DNA from: an uncultured Pseudobdellovibrionaceae bacterium
GTDB taxonomy: Bacteria > Bdellovibrionota > FAC87 > UBA2466
NCBI GenBank assembly: GCA_964653655.1
Contig: CAZZHG010000017.1
Span: 279-64,278, forward strand
Reading direction: 5' to 3'
DNA: 64,000 bases
Below are positions 27,083 to 37,709 of the stretch, piece after piece (within the stretch, counting starts at the first letter, position 1; each line of letters starts with the position of its first letter). The position numbers and the translations under genes were made by a program. The notes beneath the pieces are model-generated. The model had not been told where the DNA came from and did no database searches. It saw only the letters and a list, made by a program, of their open reading frames with translations.

Positions 27083-27928
27083 TCACATACCGCCGCCGAG
27101 CCCGAACTTTTCCGGGATGGCTTGTAAAATCGCCTTCTCGACTTCCGTCGCGGTCTCCTCGAGAGCCTTGCCGGTGACATCGAAGACGGGCCAGCGCCGG
27201 TTCTTTCTGAACAAGCTTTTGCAGTACTCGATTTCCTGAATGACGTGATCGAGGTTCGCGTAATTTCCGCCGGGATCCTCTCCCATCTTGAGAAGCCGCT
27301 CGCGGCGGATACGCACCAGATCCTGAGGATCGATGATGAGGCCCACAATCTTTCTTTGGTCGGTCTGAAACAACGACTCCGGCAACGGAATGCCGTGGAC
27401 GACGGGGACGTTGGCCACCTTCCATCCCTTGTAGGACAGATACACGCTAAGCGGTGTTTTGCTCGTGCGCGACAGGCCCACCAGAATGATATCGGCTTCC
27501 TGAAGGTTGTCCGTGTAGCGGCCGTCGTCGTGCTTTACCGTGAACTCGATGGCCTCGATGCGCTTGAAATAGTACGCGTTCACCTGGTGGAACAGACCCG
27601 GCTGCGAGTCGGGATCCTTTTTTAGAAACTGGGAGAGCCGGTCCATGAGCGGACCGAGGAGATCCACGCTGGGGATCCCGGACTCTTTCGAAAGCTTTTG
27701 AATGTAAGCGCGCAGACGATCGGAGACGACGGTGTAAATGACGAGTGACGTCTGGAGATTAGCCTCCTCGAAAACCGAAGCCACCTGACTGTCGGTGCGG
27801 ATGTTCTTGTAACGGACGATCTTGAGGTTGTCCCGGTGGTACTGAACGAGAGCGGCCTTGATCATCTGATCGGCGGTCTCGCCGGTGCCGTCCGAAATTA
27901 CGAAGATCGTCACTCCCGCGTCCGTCAT
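27083..27928 (-). CDS. ppsR: Pyruvate, water dikinase regulatory protein (DUF299 kinase/pyrophosphorylase)
   Basis: ISDGTGETA, YFKRIEAIEF..KHDDG and GLSRTSKTPLS. ATGA overlap sets the start. Confidence 0.92.
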   Translation of the reverse strand: MTDAGVTIFVISDGTGETADQMIKAALVQYHRDNLKIVRYKNIRTDSQVASVFEEANLQTSLVIYTVVSDRLRAYIQKLSKESGIPSVDLLGPLMDRLSQFLKKDPDSQPGLFHQVNAYYFKRIEAIEFTVKHDDGRYTDNLQEADIILVGLSRTSKTPLSVYLSYKGWKVANVPVVHGIPLPESLFQTDQRKIVGLIIDPQDLVRIRRERLLKMGEDPGGNYANLDHVIQEIEYCKSLFRKNRRWPVFDVTGKALEETATEVEKAILQAIPEKFGLGGGM

Positions 27929-28878
27929 CTCAAATCCTCCCAGCGGTACTTTAGCGGCTGGCCGCCCGCGAACCGGACCGCCTCCTCGATGCAAACCTTC
28001 GCCATCGCCTCGCGCGCGACTCGCGTCGCCGAGCCGATATGAGGAAGACAAAGAGCATTGGGCAGCGCCTGCAGTCCACCGCCAATCCTCGGCTCCCCTT
28101 CGAAAACGTCAAGCCCCGCGAAAAACTCCGGGTTCGCCCTCAGATGGGCCGCAAGGGCCGCCTCGTCCACGATGGCCCCGCGGGCCGTATTGATCAAAAT
28201 TCCGTTCGGCTTCATGAGAGCGAGCTGCTTCACCCCGATGAGGCCTCTGGTCTCGTTCTTCAGGGGACAATGGAGCGTGACCACGTCCGCGGAGCGAAGC
28301 CCCTGCTCGAGGGAAACCCGCTCGGCCTGAACGCCCGGCGGATGCTTTTCGGGACCACAGTAGAGAATCTGCATTCCGCAAGCCGCCGCCCGTCTCGCGA
28401 CCGCGGCCCCGATCTTTCCCATGCCGACGACCAAAAGAACCGCCCCCGAAAGCTCGAGACCCAGGTAGAGCGAAGGATCGAATCCCGCCCACCGCCCCTC
28501 TTCCACGAGCCGCATGGCGGGCTTTATCTTTCGCGCGCATCCCAGAATCAGCGCCAGCGAGAGATCCGCCGTCGCGTTCGTAAGGACATCCGGCGTATGC
28601 GCGAGAGGAAGCCCCCGCTTCTTCACCGCCTGTAAATCAATGTGGTCGAGGCCCACGGAATAGGTAATCAGGCAGCTCAGCTTGTCGGCATGGGAGAGCA
28701 GCGCCTCGTCCACCTTGTCGGCGACCGTAACGATGAGTACGTCGGTGCCCTTCGCGAGGCTCTTCAACTCCTCGGGAGTGGCCGGCCGGTTTTCGTCGAA
28801 CACGCGCACTGGATCGTAGAAAGCGAGGAGCTTCTTCTCGGCGCCGCCGGGAAGCCGTCTCGTAACCGTGCAATTCAA
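27925..28878 (-). CDS. D-2-hydroxyacid dehydrogenase (glyoxylate/glycerate reductase family)
   Basis: VGLDHID, TPDVLTNATAD, GMGKIG, INTARG and PHIGSAT. TTG start overlaps the hflX stop (the ORF extends to 28911). Confidence 0.9.
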   Translation of the reverse strand: MNCTVTRRLPGGAEKKLLAFYDPVRVFDENRPATPEELKSLAKGTDVLIVTVADKVDEALLSHADKLSCLITYSVGLDHIDLQAVKKRGLPLAHTPDVLTNATADLSLALILGCARKIKPAMRLVEEGRWAGFDPSLYLGLELSGAVLLVVGMGKIGAAVARRAAACGMQILYCGPEKHPPGVQAERVSLEQGLRSADVVTLHCPLKNETRGLIGVKQLALMKPNGILINTARGAIVDEAALAAHLRANPEFFAGLDVFEGEPRIGGGLQALPNALCLPHIGSATRVAREAMAKVCIEEAVRFAGGQPLKYRWEDLR

Positions 28879-30167
28879 GAGGGCACCACGTGGGAGGCGA
28901 GCTTCAGCCAATTCGCGGTGGACTTCATGATGCGGATCTTGAAACGGGCGCCCTCCTCCACGTAGTCGGTCTCGAGGACTTTGGAGAACTCGTGAATGCG
29001 GGAGTGCAGAAACGTATTGTCGTAAGGGACAACGACTTCCATCTCGATCATGTCGCGCTCGAAGTAGTCGTAGAGGGCCTGGCGGAGCCGTTTCATGTCC
29101 GGCGGACGGAGCGCCGAAACAACCACGCTGTTGATGTAGCTTCGCTCCAGAATTCTCGGCAGAAACACTTCCTGGACGAGATCGGCCTTATTGAAGACGA
29201 GCATCGCGGGGCGATCGCCGGCACCGATCTCCTCCAGCACCTTACGGGTCACTTCGAGCTGCTCCATGTAGCGGGGGCTAGACAAGTCCACCACGTGCAG
29301 GAGCAAATCCGCCTCGAGTACTTCCTGAAGCGTGGAACGGAAGGAAGCAACGAGCGCATGCGGAAGTTTATCGATGAACCCCACCGTATCGGACAGCAGA
29401 ATGGGAGGCCTCGTCTTCGGATCGATCACTCGCACGGTGGAATCGAGGGTCGCGAACAAACGATCTTCCACGAGGACTTCGCTCAGCGTGAGGTTGTTCA
29501 TCAGCGTGGACTTGCCGGCATTGGTGTAACCGACGAGGGCGACCCGAAGAAAATGATCCCGGTGGCGCCGCTGAGTCGCCCGCTCCTCGGCCGCGTGCTT
29601 AATTTCCTGCTTGAGGCGCGAAATGCGCGAACGGATCATGCGGCGATCGAGCTCGATCTGGCGCTCGCCGACGCCCTTCAGGCCGATGCCGCCCTTTTGG
29701 CGTTCCAAGTGGGTCCAACGACGGGTCAGGCGGGTAATCAGGTACTCGAGGCTTGCGAGCTCCACCTGGTTCTTCGATTCCTTCGAGCGGGCATGGCGAT
29801 GAAAGATGTCCAGGATGACGCCCGTTCGGTCGATCACCCGGTTTTGGGTAATCTCCTCCAAAGTCTTGATCTGGGTTCCGGAAAGCTCGGTGTCGAAGGC
29901 GATGAGCGTGCAGCCAAGCTCTTTGGCGTGCTTGCCGATTTCCTCGGCCTTGCCCTTACCGATGTAGGAGGAGGCGCTCGGCTTTTCGCGCTTCTGAGTA
30001 GTCGTCTCGAGAACCTGCCCGCCGAGGGTCTCCACGAGCCGTTTCAGCTCATCCAAAGACTCGGCGAAATCGAGCTCGTCCATGCCCTGCAGCAGAATGC
30101 CGACGGTGTAGACTTTCTCTTCGAAGTGATCGTGCGTGGTCCCGAGATGGGTATCGGATCGCTTCAA
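28875..30167 (-). CDS. hflX: GTPase HflX
   Basis: VGYTNAGKST, LFATLD, SDTVGFI and NKAD. TTG start with GAGG RBS overlaps the upstream stop. Confidence 0.96.
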   Translation of the reverse strand: MKRSDTHLGTTHDHFEEKVYTVGILLQGMDELDFAESLDELKRLVETLGGQVLETTTQKREKPSASSYIGKGKAEEIGKHAKELGCTLIAFDTELSGTQIKTLEEITQNRVIDRTGVILDIFHRHARSKESKNQVELASLEYLITRLTRRWTHLERQKGGIGLKGVGERQIELDRRMIRSRISRLKQEIKHAAEERATQRRHRDHFLRVALVGYTNAGKSTLMNNLTLSEVLVEDRLFATLDSTVRVIDPKTRPPILLSDTVGFIDKLPHALVASFRSTLQEVLEADLLLHVVDLSSPRYMEQLEVTRKVLEEIGAGDRPAMLVFNKADLVQEVFLPRILERSYINSVVVSALRPPDMKRLRQALYDYFERDMIEMEVVVPYDNTFLHSRIHEFSKVLETDYVEEGARFKIRIMKSTANWLKLASHVVPS

Positions 30168-30586
30168 GCCGTTTCCTCGCCGGACTCCAGTCCCAAATCC
30201 GCGAGCTGAGGCCACTTGCCGCCCTTAGCACTGAACTCTTTTCCGAGGGCGGCGGCCCGGGCCGAGTCCTCGCAAATGAGCAAAACTTTTTTCAAACCAA
30301 GCCCATCGCAGGAATCTTTCAATTTCTTCGCGTCCGCCTTGCGAACGAGCACGACGTACTGGGCGGGAAGCTTGCGCATCGTCGGCACGAACACCGGCGC
30401 GTCTACGTCGCCCTTGGCTTCCAGAATCCACCGCGAGAGTTGCCCCTGAAGCTTCCAGTCGAGCCACTGCAAAGTCTTTCCCGAAAGCGGACTGGGAGCG
30501 GAGCGATCTTTCAGCTCCACCCAAATGCCGTCATACCCGTTCTGGGCGAGGCTTTGAGGGTCTTGGGGTAACGAGATGACTTCCAT
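30164..30586 (-). CDS. Hypothetical protein, possibly M17 aminopeptidase N-terminal-like domain
   Basis: Co-oriented and coupled to hflX. The LDWKLQGQLSR segment resembles stand-alone M17 N-terminal-like proteins (weak). Confidence 0.5.
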   Translation of the reverse strand: MEVISLPQDPQSLAQNGYDGIWVELKDRSAPSPLSGKTLQWLDWKLQGQLSRWILEAKGDVDAPVFVPTMRKLPAQYVVLVRKADAKKLKDSCDGLGLKKVLLICEDSARAAALGKEFSAKGGKWPQLADLGLESGEETA

Positions 30587-30692
30587 ATTCTTCGGCGAGT
30601 CTACAGCCAGTCCCCAAAACTTCAACGGTCGTTGTTGTTTAGACGGCCGGCGAATCTTGAGGAATGACTGGCCCTCACCGTTTAACGGCCAG

Positions 30693-31121
30693 TCACGGGG
30701 CCTTGTCGGGCCTGGGATGGGAGCTACGCACCTTGTCGAGAATGCCGTTGGTGAAGGCGGCGCTCGTGTCGGAGCCGAAGGCCTTGGCGAGCTCGATCAT
30801 CTCGTTGATGGTGACCGTCGCGGGTACGTCCGTGCACCAAAGCAGCTCGTAAACGCCGAGACGAATGATGTTGCGGTCAACGGACGCCATGCGCTCGGGC
30901 CGCCAGTTTTCCGCGGCGGTCCGGATGGCTTCGTCCACGTCCTTCAAGTGCTCGGTCACTCCGACGACCAGCTTGTGGGTGAACGGGTCGAGGGCGACCT
31001 TTCCTTCCGGCGTGAAGTGGTCGGAAAAGTGCTTCATGGCCGCTTGCGGGGTCAGCGGCTGGTTCAGCTCGAGCTGGTACAAAATCTGGAGCGCATCTTC
31101 TCGCGACTGCCTACGGCTCAT
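30693..31121 (-). CDS. nusB: Transcription antitermination factor NusB
   Basis: [29 protein letters not shown] and FTNGILD. Confidence 0.96.
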   Translation of the reverse strand: MSRRQSREDALQILYQLELNQPLTPQAAMKHFSDHFTPEGKVALDPFTHKLVVGVTEHLKDVDEAIRTAAENWRPERMASVDRNIIRLGVYELLWCTDVPATVTINEMIELAKAFGSDTSAAFTNGILDKVRSSHPRPDKAP

Positions 31122-32356
31122 AAATCCTTATAGATGGGGTAGCGGCGGCAGATCTCGCCGACTTCTCCCCGAACTTTTTCCAAGGTACCCGGGCTGCCGT
31201 CCTTGAGAACGCGGCCGATGGCACCAGCGAGCCACTTCATATCAGAAGTCGTGAGTCCGCGGGTCGTAATAGCGGGGGTTCCCAGCCGCACTCCGCTCGT
31301 GATGAACGGACTCTGGGTTTCGAAGGGCACCGTGTTCTTGTTGCAGGTGAGGCCGACCGAATCGAGACGGGCCTCCCCTTCCTTTCCGGTGAGGTTCTGC
31401 TTTCTAAGATCAAGCAGCAGCAAATGGTTGTCCGTTCCGCCGCTGACCAAATCAAATCCCTCTTCGAGCAGTCCCGTGGCGAGAGCCTTCGCGTTGTCGA
31501 CCACCCTCTGCTGATACTTCTTGAAATCGTCGGTCATAGCTTCCTTGAACGAAACCGCCTTGCCCGCAATCACGTGCATGAGCGGCCCGCCTTGGATACC
31601 GGGGAAGATCTTGCTGTTCACCTTCTTCTGCCAGGCTTCCTTGCCGAGAATCAGGCCACCGCGGGGTCCCCGAAGCGTCTTGTGCGTCGTGCTCGTCACG
31701 AGGTCCGCGTGGGGAACCGGCGACGGATGCACGCCCGCCGCGACGAGCCCCGCGATGTGGGCCATGTCGACGAAAAATAGCGCCCCGACCTCCTTGGCGA
31801 TGGAGGCAAAGGCGGCGAAATCGATGATTCGCGGGTAGGCGCTCGCGCCGGCGATGATCATCTTCGGCTGATTCTTCTTCGCCAGATCGCGAACCTGATC
31901 GTAATCAATGCGGTGGTTATCCTTGCGAACCTCGTAAGGGACGATCTTGTAGAGAATTCCCGAAAAGTTCACCGGCGAGCCGTGCGTGAGATGGCCCCCG
32001 TGGGAAAGGTTCATCCCCATGACCGTGGAGCCCGGCTCGAGGGCCGCGAGGTAGCAGGCCATGTTCGCCTGAGAGCCGGAGTGCGGCTGAACGTTGGCGA
32101 ACTCGGAACCGAAAATCGCTTTCGCGCGGTCGATGGCAAGCTGCTCGACCTGATCGACGAACTCGCAGCCGCCGTAATAGCGCTTGCCCGGATAGCCTTC
32201 GGCGTACTTGTTCGTGAGTACCGTGCCCTGGGCTTCCATCACGGCTTGGGAAACGGTGTTCTCGCTGGGAATGAGCTCGAGTCCTTCCCGCTGGCGTTTA
32301 AGCTCGCGGTCGATGCAGGCGGCGATGTCCGGATCGGTATGTCTAAGATGCTTCAT
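31118..32356 (-). CDS. glyA: Serine hydroxymethyltransferase
   Basis: [21 protein letters not shown] and [12 protein letters not shown]. Confidence 0.98.
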   Translation of the reverse strand: MKHLRHTDPDIAACIDRELKRQREGLELIPSENTVSQAVMEAQGTVLTNKYAEGYPGKRYYGGCEFVDQVEQLAIDRAKAIFGSEFANVQPHSGSQANMACYLAALEPGSTVMGMNLSHGGHLTHGSPVNFSGILYKIVPYEVRKDNHRIDYDQVRDLAKKNQPKMIIAGASAYPRIIDFAAFASIAKEVGALFFVDMAHIAGLVAAGVHPSPVPHADLVTSTTHKTLRGPRGGLILGKEAWQKKVNSKIFPGIQGGPLMHVIAGKAVSFKEAMTDDFKKYQQRVVDNAKALATGLLEEGFDLVSGGTDNHLLLLDLRKQNLTGKEGEARLDSVGLTCNKNTVPFETQSPFITSGVRLGTPAITTRGLTTSDMKWLAGAIGRVLKDGSPGTLEKVRGEVGEICRRYPIYKDL

Positions 32357-32357
32357 C

Positions 32358-32810
32358 TCAACCCTCCAGTTTATGAATGCCGTCCACGCGGCGCTGATGG
32401 CGCCCGCCCTGGAATTCGGTGCGAAGAAAAGCGAGCGCGGCGTCGAGCGCGACCATCTGACCGGTGACCCGGCCGCCGAGACAAATCACGTTGGCGTCGT
32501 TGTGCTCCCGGCTCAGACGCGCGGTGGTCGAGTTCCACACTTCGGCGGCGCGGATACCGTCGATTTTGTTGGCCGCAATCGACATGCCGATACCGGTTCC
32601 GCAAACCAGGATGCCGAAGCCCCCGTGTTTGATGACTTCGGCCGAAACTTTCGCCGCGTAGTCGGGATAATCGACGCTCTCTTCCGAGTGGGCGCCGAGA
32701 TCGTTGAACTTGAAATCGGGCAGCGCTTTCTGCAGCTCGGCAAGAAGAAACTGTTTCAGCGCGAACCCTCCGTGGTCCGCCCCGAGGAAAACCGTTTTTT
32801 TGTGAGCCAT
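32358..32810 (-). CDS. rpiB: Ribose 5-phosphate isomerase B
   Basis: [19 protein letters not shown] and GGRHQRR. Confidence 0.96.
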   Translation of the reverse strand: MAHKKTVFLGADHGGFALKQFLLAELQKALPDFKFNDLGAHSEESVDYPDYAAKVSAEVIKHGGFGILVCGTGIGMSIAANKIDGIRAAEVWNSTTARLSREHNDANVICLGGRVTGQMVALDAALAFLRTEFQGGRHQRRVDGIHKLEG

Positions 32811-32817
32811 AGGTAGC

Positions 32818-34053
32818 CTATTCGAACTTTTTAAAGATCAGACAGCCGTTCGTGCCGCCGAAACCGAAGGAATTCGTGAGGGCAGCCCGGATCTTGCGGG
32901 GCTGGGGCTCGTTAGCCGCGTAATTCAAATCACAGTCCGGGCTGGGGTTCTCCAGATTCATCGTCGGCGGGGCGATCTGATTCTGAAGTGCCTGGACGCA
33001 GAAGAGCGCTTCGAGCGCCCCCGCGGCGCCGAGCAGATGTCCCGTCGTGGACTTCGTGGAGCTGACGACGAGACTCCTGGCCCAATCTCCGAAGGTCGCC
33101 TTGATCGCCTGAGTCTCGAGACCATCGCCCATGGGAGTCGAAGTGCCGTGAGCGTTGATGTAGTCGATCTGATCCGGATTCAGCTTGGCGTCTTTCAACG
33201 CGAGCTTCATGCAACGGGCACCGCCCTCACCCTCGGGAGCCGGGGCCGCGATGTGGTAGGCGTCCGCGTTCAGAGCGTAACCGATCACTTCGCCGAGGAT
33301 GTTCGCTCCACGTTTCTTCGCGTGCTCGTACTCCTCGAGAATCACCATCGCAGCGCCCTCGGCGATCACGAAGCCGTCGCGATCCTTGTCGTAGGGCCGG
33401 GAGGCATGCTCGGGATCGTCGTTGCGGGTCGAAAGCGCGCGCATGGAACAGAAGCCCGCGACCGAAAGCGTGCAAACCGCCGCTTCCGCTCCGCCCGCGA
33501 ACATGACTTCCACGTCCCCTCTCTGAATGAGCCGGTAAGACTCGCCGAGAGAGTGGGCACTGGAAGAGCAGGCGGTAGTGATGCAAGTGTTCGGGCCCTT
33601 GAGGCCGTACTTCAGCGAAATCTGTCCCGCCGCGAGATTATTGATGATGGCCGGCACGAAAAAGGGCGAAACCCGGCGCGGCCCTTTGCTGAGGAGCACC
33701 TGGTGCTGATTCAGAATCTCCGCGAGCCCGCCGATACCGACGCCGACGCACGAGCCAATCCGCTCGCCATTCTCTTTCGAGAGATCCAAACCGGAATGTT
33801 GAAACGCCTCTTCCGCCGCCACCAGGGCAAGCTGAATGAAGCGATCCATTTTTTTGATCTCTTTCGAGGGGATGTGCTTTTCGGGGTCGAAGTTTTTTAC
33901 TTCGCCGGCGATCTGGCTGGAGTAGTCGGTGGCATCGAAGAGCGTGATTTTGCCGATGCCGGATTTTCCGGCCATCAACGATTCCCAGTTCTCGGCAGCG
34001 TTGTTGCCGATCGGGGAAATCGCGCCAATGCCAGTGACGACGACCCTACGCAT
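32818..34053 (-). CDS. fabF: Beta-ketoacyl-ACP synthase II
   Basis: TACSS, INAHGTST, GHLLGAAG and NSFGFGG. Confidence 0.97.
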   Translation of the reverse strand: MRRVVVTGIGAISPIGNNAAENWESLMAGKSGIGKITLFDATDYSSQIAGEVKNFDPEKHIPSKEIKKMDRFIQLALVAAEEAFQHSGLDLSKENGERIGSCVGVGIGGLAEILNQHQVLLSKGPRRVSPFFVPAIINNLAAGQISLKYGLKGPNTCITTACSSSAHSLGESYRLIQRGDVEVMFAGGAEAAVCTLSVAGFCSMRALSTRNDDPEHASRPYDKDRDGFVIAEGAAMVILEEYEHAKKRGANILGEVIGYALNADAYHIAAPAPEGEGGARCMKLALKDAKLNPDQIDYINAHGTSTPMGDGLETQAIKATFGDWARSLVVSSTKSTTGHLLGAAGALEALFCVQALQNQIAPPTMNLENPSPDCDLNYAANEPQPRKIRAALTNSFGFGGTNGCLIFKKFE

Positions 34054-34060
34054 AGGGGGC

Positions 34061-34294
34061 TCAGTTCACCTTAGCCTTGATGTAGTTGATGACATCGTTG
34101 ACGCTCTTGATCTTCTCCGCGTCTTCGTCCGGGATCTCGAGGTCGAATTCCTCTTCCATCGTCATGACGAGCTCGACGATGTCGAGCGAATCGGCGCCCA
34201 GGTCGTCAATGAAAGACGCTTCCGGGGTGACGCTTTCCATGTCCACTCCGAGCTGTTCCACGATGATATTCTTCACTTTTTCTTCAATCGACAT
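34061..34294 (-). CDS. acpP: Acyl carrier protein
   Basis: DLGADSLD phosphopantetheine site. Start at MSIEEKVK with GGAGG upstream. Confidence 0.97.
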   Translation of the reverse strand: MSIEEKVKNIIVEQLGVDMESVTPEASFIDDLGADSLDIVELVMTMEEEFDLEIPDEDAEKIKSVNDVINYIKAKVN

Positions 34295-34482
34295 ACAGGA
34301 ATTAGTCCTCCGCCTGAAAGTATTGGAAGCTTCTACCAGCACTCCCGGCTCTGCGCAAGCTGCCTATTCCTTTGCGCTTTTTTCTCCGCGCCTCTGACGC
34401 GGCGCACGTTGACGCCCTGCTTACCGAAGGCGAACTCTAGCGCGGTTGGTTTGTTCGTTTCCTTATATAGGCAGGGGGTTTC

Positions 34483-36063
34483 ATGAAGCGTCTTCTGATG
34501 GTTTTTCTCGCGGGCCTGCAAATGGCGGCCTACGCCGGAGCTCTTACTCCGGAGGAGAAGCGGGATGAGTTCACCGCTCTCGCGGCTTTCGTCCGCACCC
34601 ACTACGGTCCACTCGATCTCAAAATGCAGACTTTGAAAGTGGATCTCACGGAGATGGTCGATCGCTACAGCCAGCAGGCCGCGAACGCCACGAACCTCGA
34701 GTTCTATTACCTCGTGAACAAGTTCGTCGCCGAGTTCCGGGACAGCCACTTCGGCGCCCGCCTCAACTCGAACCGGGTTTCGAAACTGGGCTTTCTGGTC
34801 GACCGCATCGAGAAGAAGGCGCTCATCGACGAAATCGATCGCAGCGTGCTTTCGACTGCCTCGTTTCCTTTCGCCAAGGGCGACGAGTTAGTGAGCCTCG
34901 GTGGAAAACCCGCGGCCGACCTCGTGATCGAGCTTGGCAAGCACCTCAACTCCGGAAACGTCGAGACCAACGCTCGCGGCGCGACTCAGCTCCTAACTTT
35001 CCGCTCGGGCAACATCGTCCCGGTGCAGAAGGGCAAAGTGGAGCTCGAAATCCGGCGCGGCACCTCCAACCTCGTCGAAAAGGTGACCCTGGAGTGGCAG
35101 CAGAGCGGCGACGACTTCCTCGGCGAGGAGCCGACCTGGAACGCCAGAGCCTTGAAGCCGATGGACTACGCCGATCTGAGCGTGGACTTCGACGGGCTGC
35201 CGAAAGCGGAAAAGTCCTTCCGCTGCTCGCCGGAGACGCGGGTCGCGATTCCGAAGGACGCGACGAAGATCTTCGACAAGCCTTTCGTCGCTTACTACCA
35301 CCCGACCGCGAAGGGTAACGTCGGCTACCTGCGCATTCCGCACTACAGCTGGAACGACAGCCAGGGCAAGTCGGTGAACGAACTGCGCTTCAAGCAGTAC
35401 GAGTACGCCATCTACAAATTGCAGCAGAACACCGTCGGCCTCGTCATCGATCAGGACCACAACTGCGGCGGCAGCGTGAGCCTCGTCGAGAACATGGTCA
35501 GCCTCTTCGCGAGCAAGCCCTTCGCGGGCCTGCAGTTCAAGTTCCTCGCCACCCGCGGCGAGTACCTGCTCTTCAAGTCCTGGGCGAACGAAGAGTCGCA
35601 AAAGACGATGGACGGTGCCGGTTTCCAGGAAGTGTTCGACCTCATGAAGGTCGCCTTCTCGAAGAACGAACGCACGACGGCGCTTACGAGCTTCACTGGA
35701 AGCCTCATCAAGCAGCCGAACTCGGTGCGCTACACGAAGCCGGTTCTGATTCTCGCCGACGAGATGTCGGGCTCCGGCGGCGACGCCTTCCCGGCGATGA
35801 TGCAGGGGAACGGATTCGCCAAGGTGGCCGGAAGCCGCACGATGGGCGCCGGCGGACATGTCGAGGAGTTTTCTCCTCTGAACTACTCCGCCAACACGGT
35901 CCGGATCACGAAGTCGCTCTTCTTCCATCCGAACGGCACGCCGATCGAAAACAACGGCGTCACCCCGGACTTCCCGCTCTCCACGAACCGGGACGACTTC
36001 GTGTACGAGTATAAGGGCTATCAGAAGCGGTACGAGGACATCCTGCTTCAGATGATCCCTTAA
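34483..36063 (+). CDS. Secreted S41 family peptidase, CPAF-like
   Basis: Signal peptide, DSHF, PDZ-like GDELV, GYLRIP, DQDHNCGGSV and SGGDAFP...GSRTMGAGG. Confidence 0.85.
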   Translation: MKRLLMVFLAGLQMAAYAGALTPEEKRDEFTALAAFVRTHYGPLDLKMQTLKVDLTEMVDRYSQQAANATNLEFYYLVNKFVAEFRDSHFGARLNSNRVSKLGFLVDRIEKKALIDEIDRSVLSTASFPFAKGDELVSLGGKPAADLVIELGKHLNSGNVETNARGATQLLTFRSGNIVPVQKGKVELEIRRGTSNLVEKVTLEWQQSGDDFLGEEPTWNARALKPMDYADLSVDFDGLPKAEKSFRCSPETRVAIPKDATKIFDKPFVAYYHPTAKGNVGYLRIPHYSWNDSQGKSVNELRFKQYEYAIYKLQQNTVGLVIDQDHNCGGSVSLVENMVSLFASKPFAGLQFKFLATRGEYLLFKSWANEESQKTMDGAGFQEVFDLMKVAFSKNERTTALTSFTGSLIKQPNSVRYTKPVLILADEMSGSGGDAFPAMMQGNGFAKVAGSRTMGAGGHVEEFSPLNYSANTVRITKSLFFHPNGTPIENNGVTPDFPLSTNRDDFVYEYKGYQKRYEDILLQMIP

Positions 36064-36075
36064 GCAAGCTCTCGA

Positions 36076-36115
36076 AAAACGCCGGCCTCCTCGCGGGGGC
36101 CGGCGTTTTCTTTTT
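36076..36115 (+). terminator. Intrinsic terminator
   Basis: AAAACGCCGGCCTCC-TCGC-GGGGGCCGGCGTTTT followed by CTTTTT. Confidence 0.85.
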
Positions 36116-36194
36116 CAGAACGGTTTCATTCGAAACATTGCGCTTTCCCCCCGGCCCGATCTTCTTTATCACTTGCTCAACGGAGGATAGATAG

Positions 36195-36584
36195 ATGAAG
36201 CACCTGTTGATTCTGGCGGTGGCGTTCTTGGCGGGAAATGCGTTTGCGGGTGGAGGCGGAAGCGGCGTTCATTACAGCTGCGGCAGTCAAAGGTTGAAGC
36301 TGGGCTTTCAGCTCGACAACCGCCCGACGAAGCTGCACTTCAAGCGGGGCACCAAGGTTCTCGTACACGAGAACATTTTCAAGACCAACTTCTTCGTAGT
36401 GACGAGCTTCGCGGAGGCCGACGATACCGTCGTGCTCAAGATGAAGAACCTGGACGATTCCCAGCCGAGAGACATCCGGGTGCAGTGGCTTACCAATTCA
36501 ATCGTGAACGGAATCCGGATCACTTACACGTGGGGCATGCACCGGGACACGGCCGACGACGGCAAGTGCCTGCCGCTCAACTAA
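36195..36584 (+). CDS. Secreted hypothetical protein
   Basis: GGAGG RBS, signal peptide ending AFA, and a Cys near each end of the mature chain. Confidence 0.7.
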   Translation: MKHLLILAVAFLAGNAFAGGGGSGVHYSCGSQRLKLGFQLDNRPTKLHFKRGTKVLVHENIFKTNFFVVTSFAEADDTVVLKMKNLDDSQPRDIRVQWLTNSIVNGIRITYTWGMHRDTADDGKCLPLN

Positions 36585-37156
36585 AAAGCGCCGACGGCTT
36601 CGACGTTGATTCCCCAGTAGAAGGAATTGAGTACGGTGCCGACACGCAAGGGCTCAACCGAGACACCCCATCCGTCGTAGAAGTCGATGTCGACTCCTCC
36701 CCGGGCGGTGGCCATCCAGAAGACCTGGCTACGGCTTTGATTGGCGGCACCGCCGGTCTGAAGCACTTGGTAAGAAGCGAAGGCCGGGCCGACTGAAAGC
36801 CCGGCGTAAGGGTGCACGCGTCCCTCCCAGCCCCGAATCAAAAATCCGGGCAGCACGGGGATAAGACGGAAAGAGGTAATCTCGTTCACTTGGACAAGAA
36901 CCGCGTTGAAGAAGGATTTCGCAAGCCCCGAGTAGTCCCAGCCGGAAAAGACTCCGGCTTCGAACCCGATGGCTAGTTTCGAAATGGCCGAAACGCGGCG
37001 GTATCCGCCGAACGTGATGCCGGCGGCGAAGTTCGCGCTGTTTCCGGTAGCGGCGAGAAGGCCGGACGCGCCCAAGTCCACGCGCCAAGTGGGCGGCTGA
37101 CGTCCATTGCCGAGGGCAGGTAGAGCTAGGAGCAGAGCAACTAGCAGCGCCCTCAT
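36581..37156 (-). CDS. Outer-membrane beta-barrel protein (OmpA/OmpW-like)
   Basis: Signal peptide, alternating beta strands, HPYAGLSVG and a C-terminal Phe. Confidence 0.65.
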   Translation of the reverse strand: MRALLVALLLALPALGNGRQPPTWRVDLGASGLLAATGNSANFAAGITFGGYRRVSAISKLAIGFEAGVFSGWDYSGLAKSFFNAVLVQVNEITSFRLIPVLPGFLIRGWEGRVHPYAGLSVGPAFASYQVLQTGGAANQSRSQVFWMATARGGVDIDFYDGWGVSVEPLRVGTVLNSFYWGINVEAVGAF

Positions 37157-37158
37157 GC

Positions 37159-37623
37159 TCAGAAGATCATGCCGCGAGTGAAAGCTACGTTGTCGGTGCC
37201 GATGATGCGGATGGATTCAATCTGCCAGGCCCCCTGATTGCGGGTCAGCTCGACCTCGCGGCTGTTCACTTCCTGGGTAACGTCGGTGCCCTGCTTGTTC
37301 TCGATGGAGAGCTGGTACTGAACCTTGGCGGTCTCGCCCTCCACCTTGGACTCGACGATTTTCAGGTCTTTGATCGTCACGTTGTTCGAAAGATACGAGA
37401 CCTGAAAGAGCTCGTCCGTCATTCGGTCGAAGGCCCGGCGAAGCTCGCCCACGCAGAGGGCTTGAATCTTTGCTTTGTCGGCTTTGTCTTTCGCGCTCGC
37501 CGAGAGCTCGACGAATGTTTTCACCGTTGCTTCCGGCGTCGTCTCGCCTCCGGTAACCACCGGCGCCTTTTTCGTGCAGGCGCCCATCAAAACGACCAAG
37601 AGACCGAGTGTGAGGAGTTTCAT
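37159..37623 (-). CDS. Lipoprotein, NTF2-like fold likely
   Basis: Lipobox MGAC, TPEATVKTF and a GAWQI C-terminal hairpin. Confidence 0.65.
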   Translation of the reverse strand: MKLLTLGLLVVLMGACTKKAPVVTGGETTPEATVKTFVELSASAKDKADKAKIQALCVGELRRAFDRMTDELFQVSYLSNNVTIKDLKIVESKVEGETAKVQYQLSIENKQGTDVTQEVNSREVELTRNQGAWQIESIRIIGTDNVAFTRGMIF

Positions 37624-37709
37624 AGAGATGGGCTCAATTTTACACCATCCCGCTTCCTTTCAAAAACCCTCTTCCCGAGGTACCCGCCGATCGACTAATC
37701 TGCCGCACC

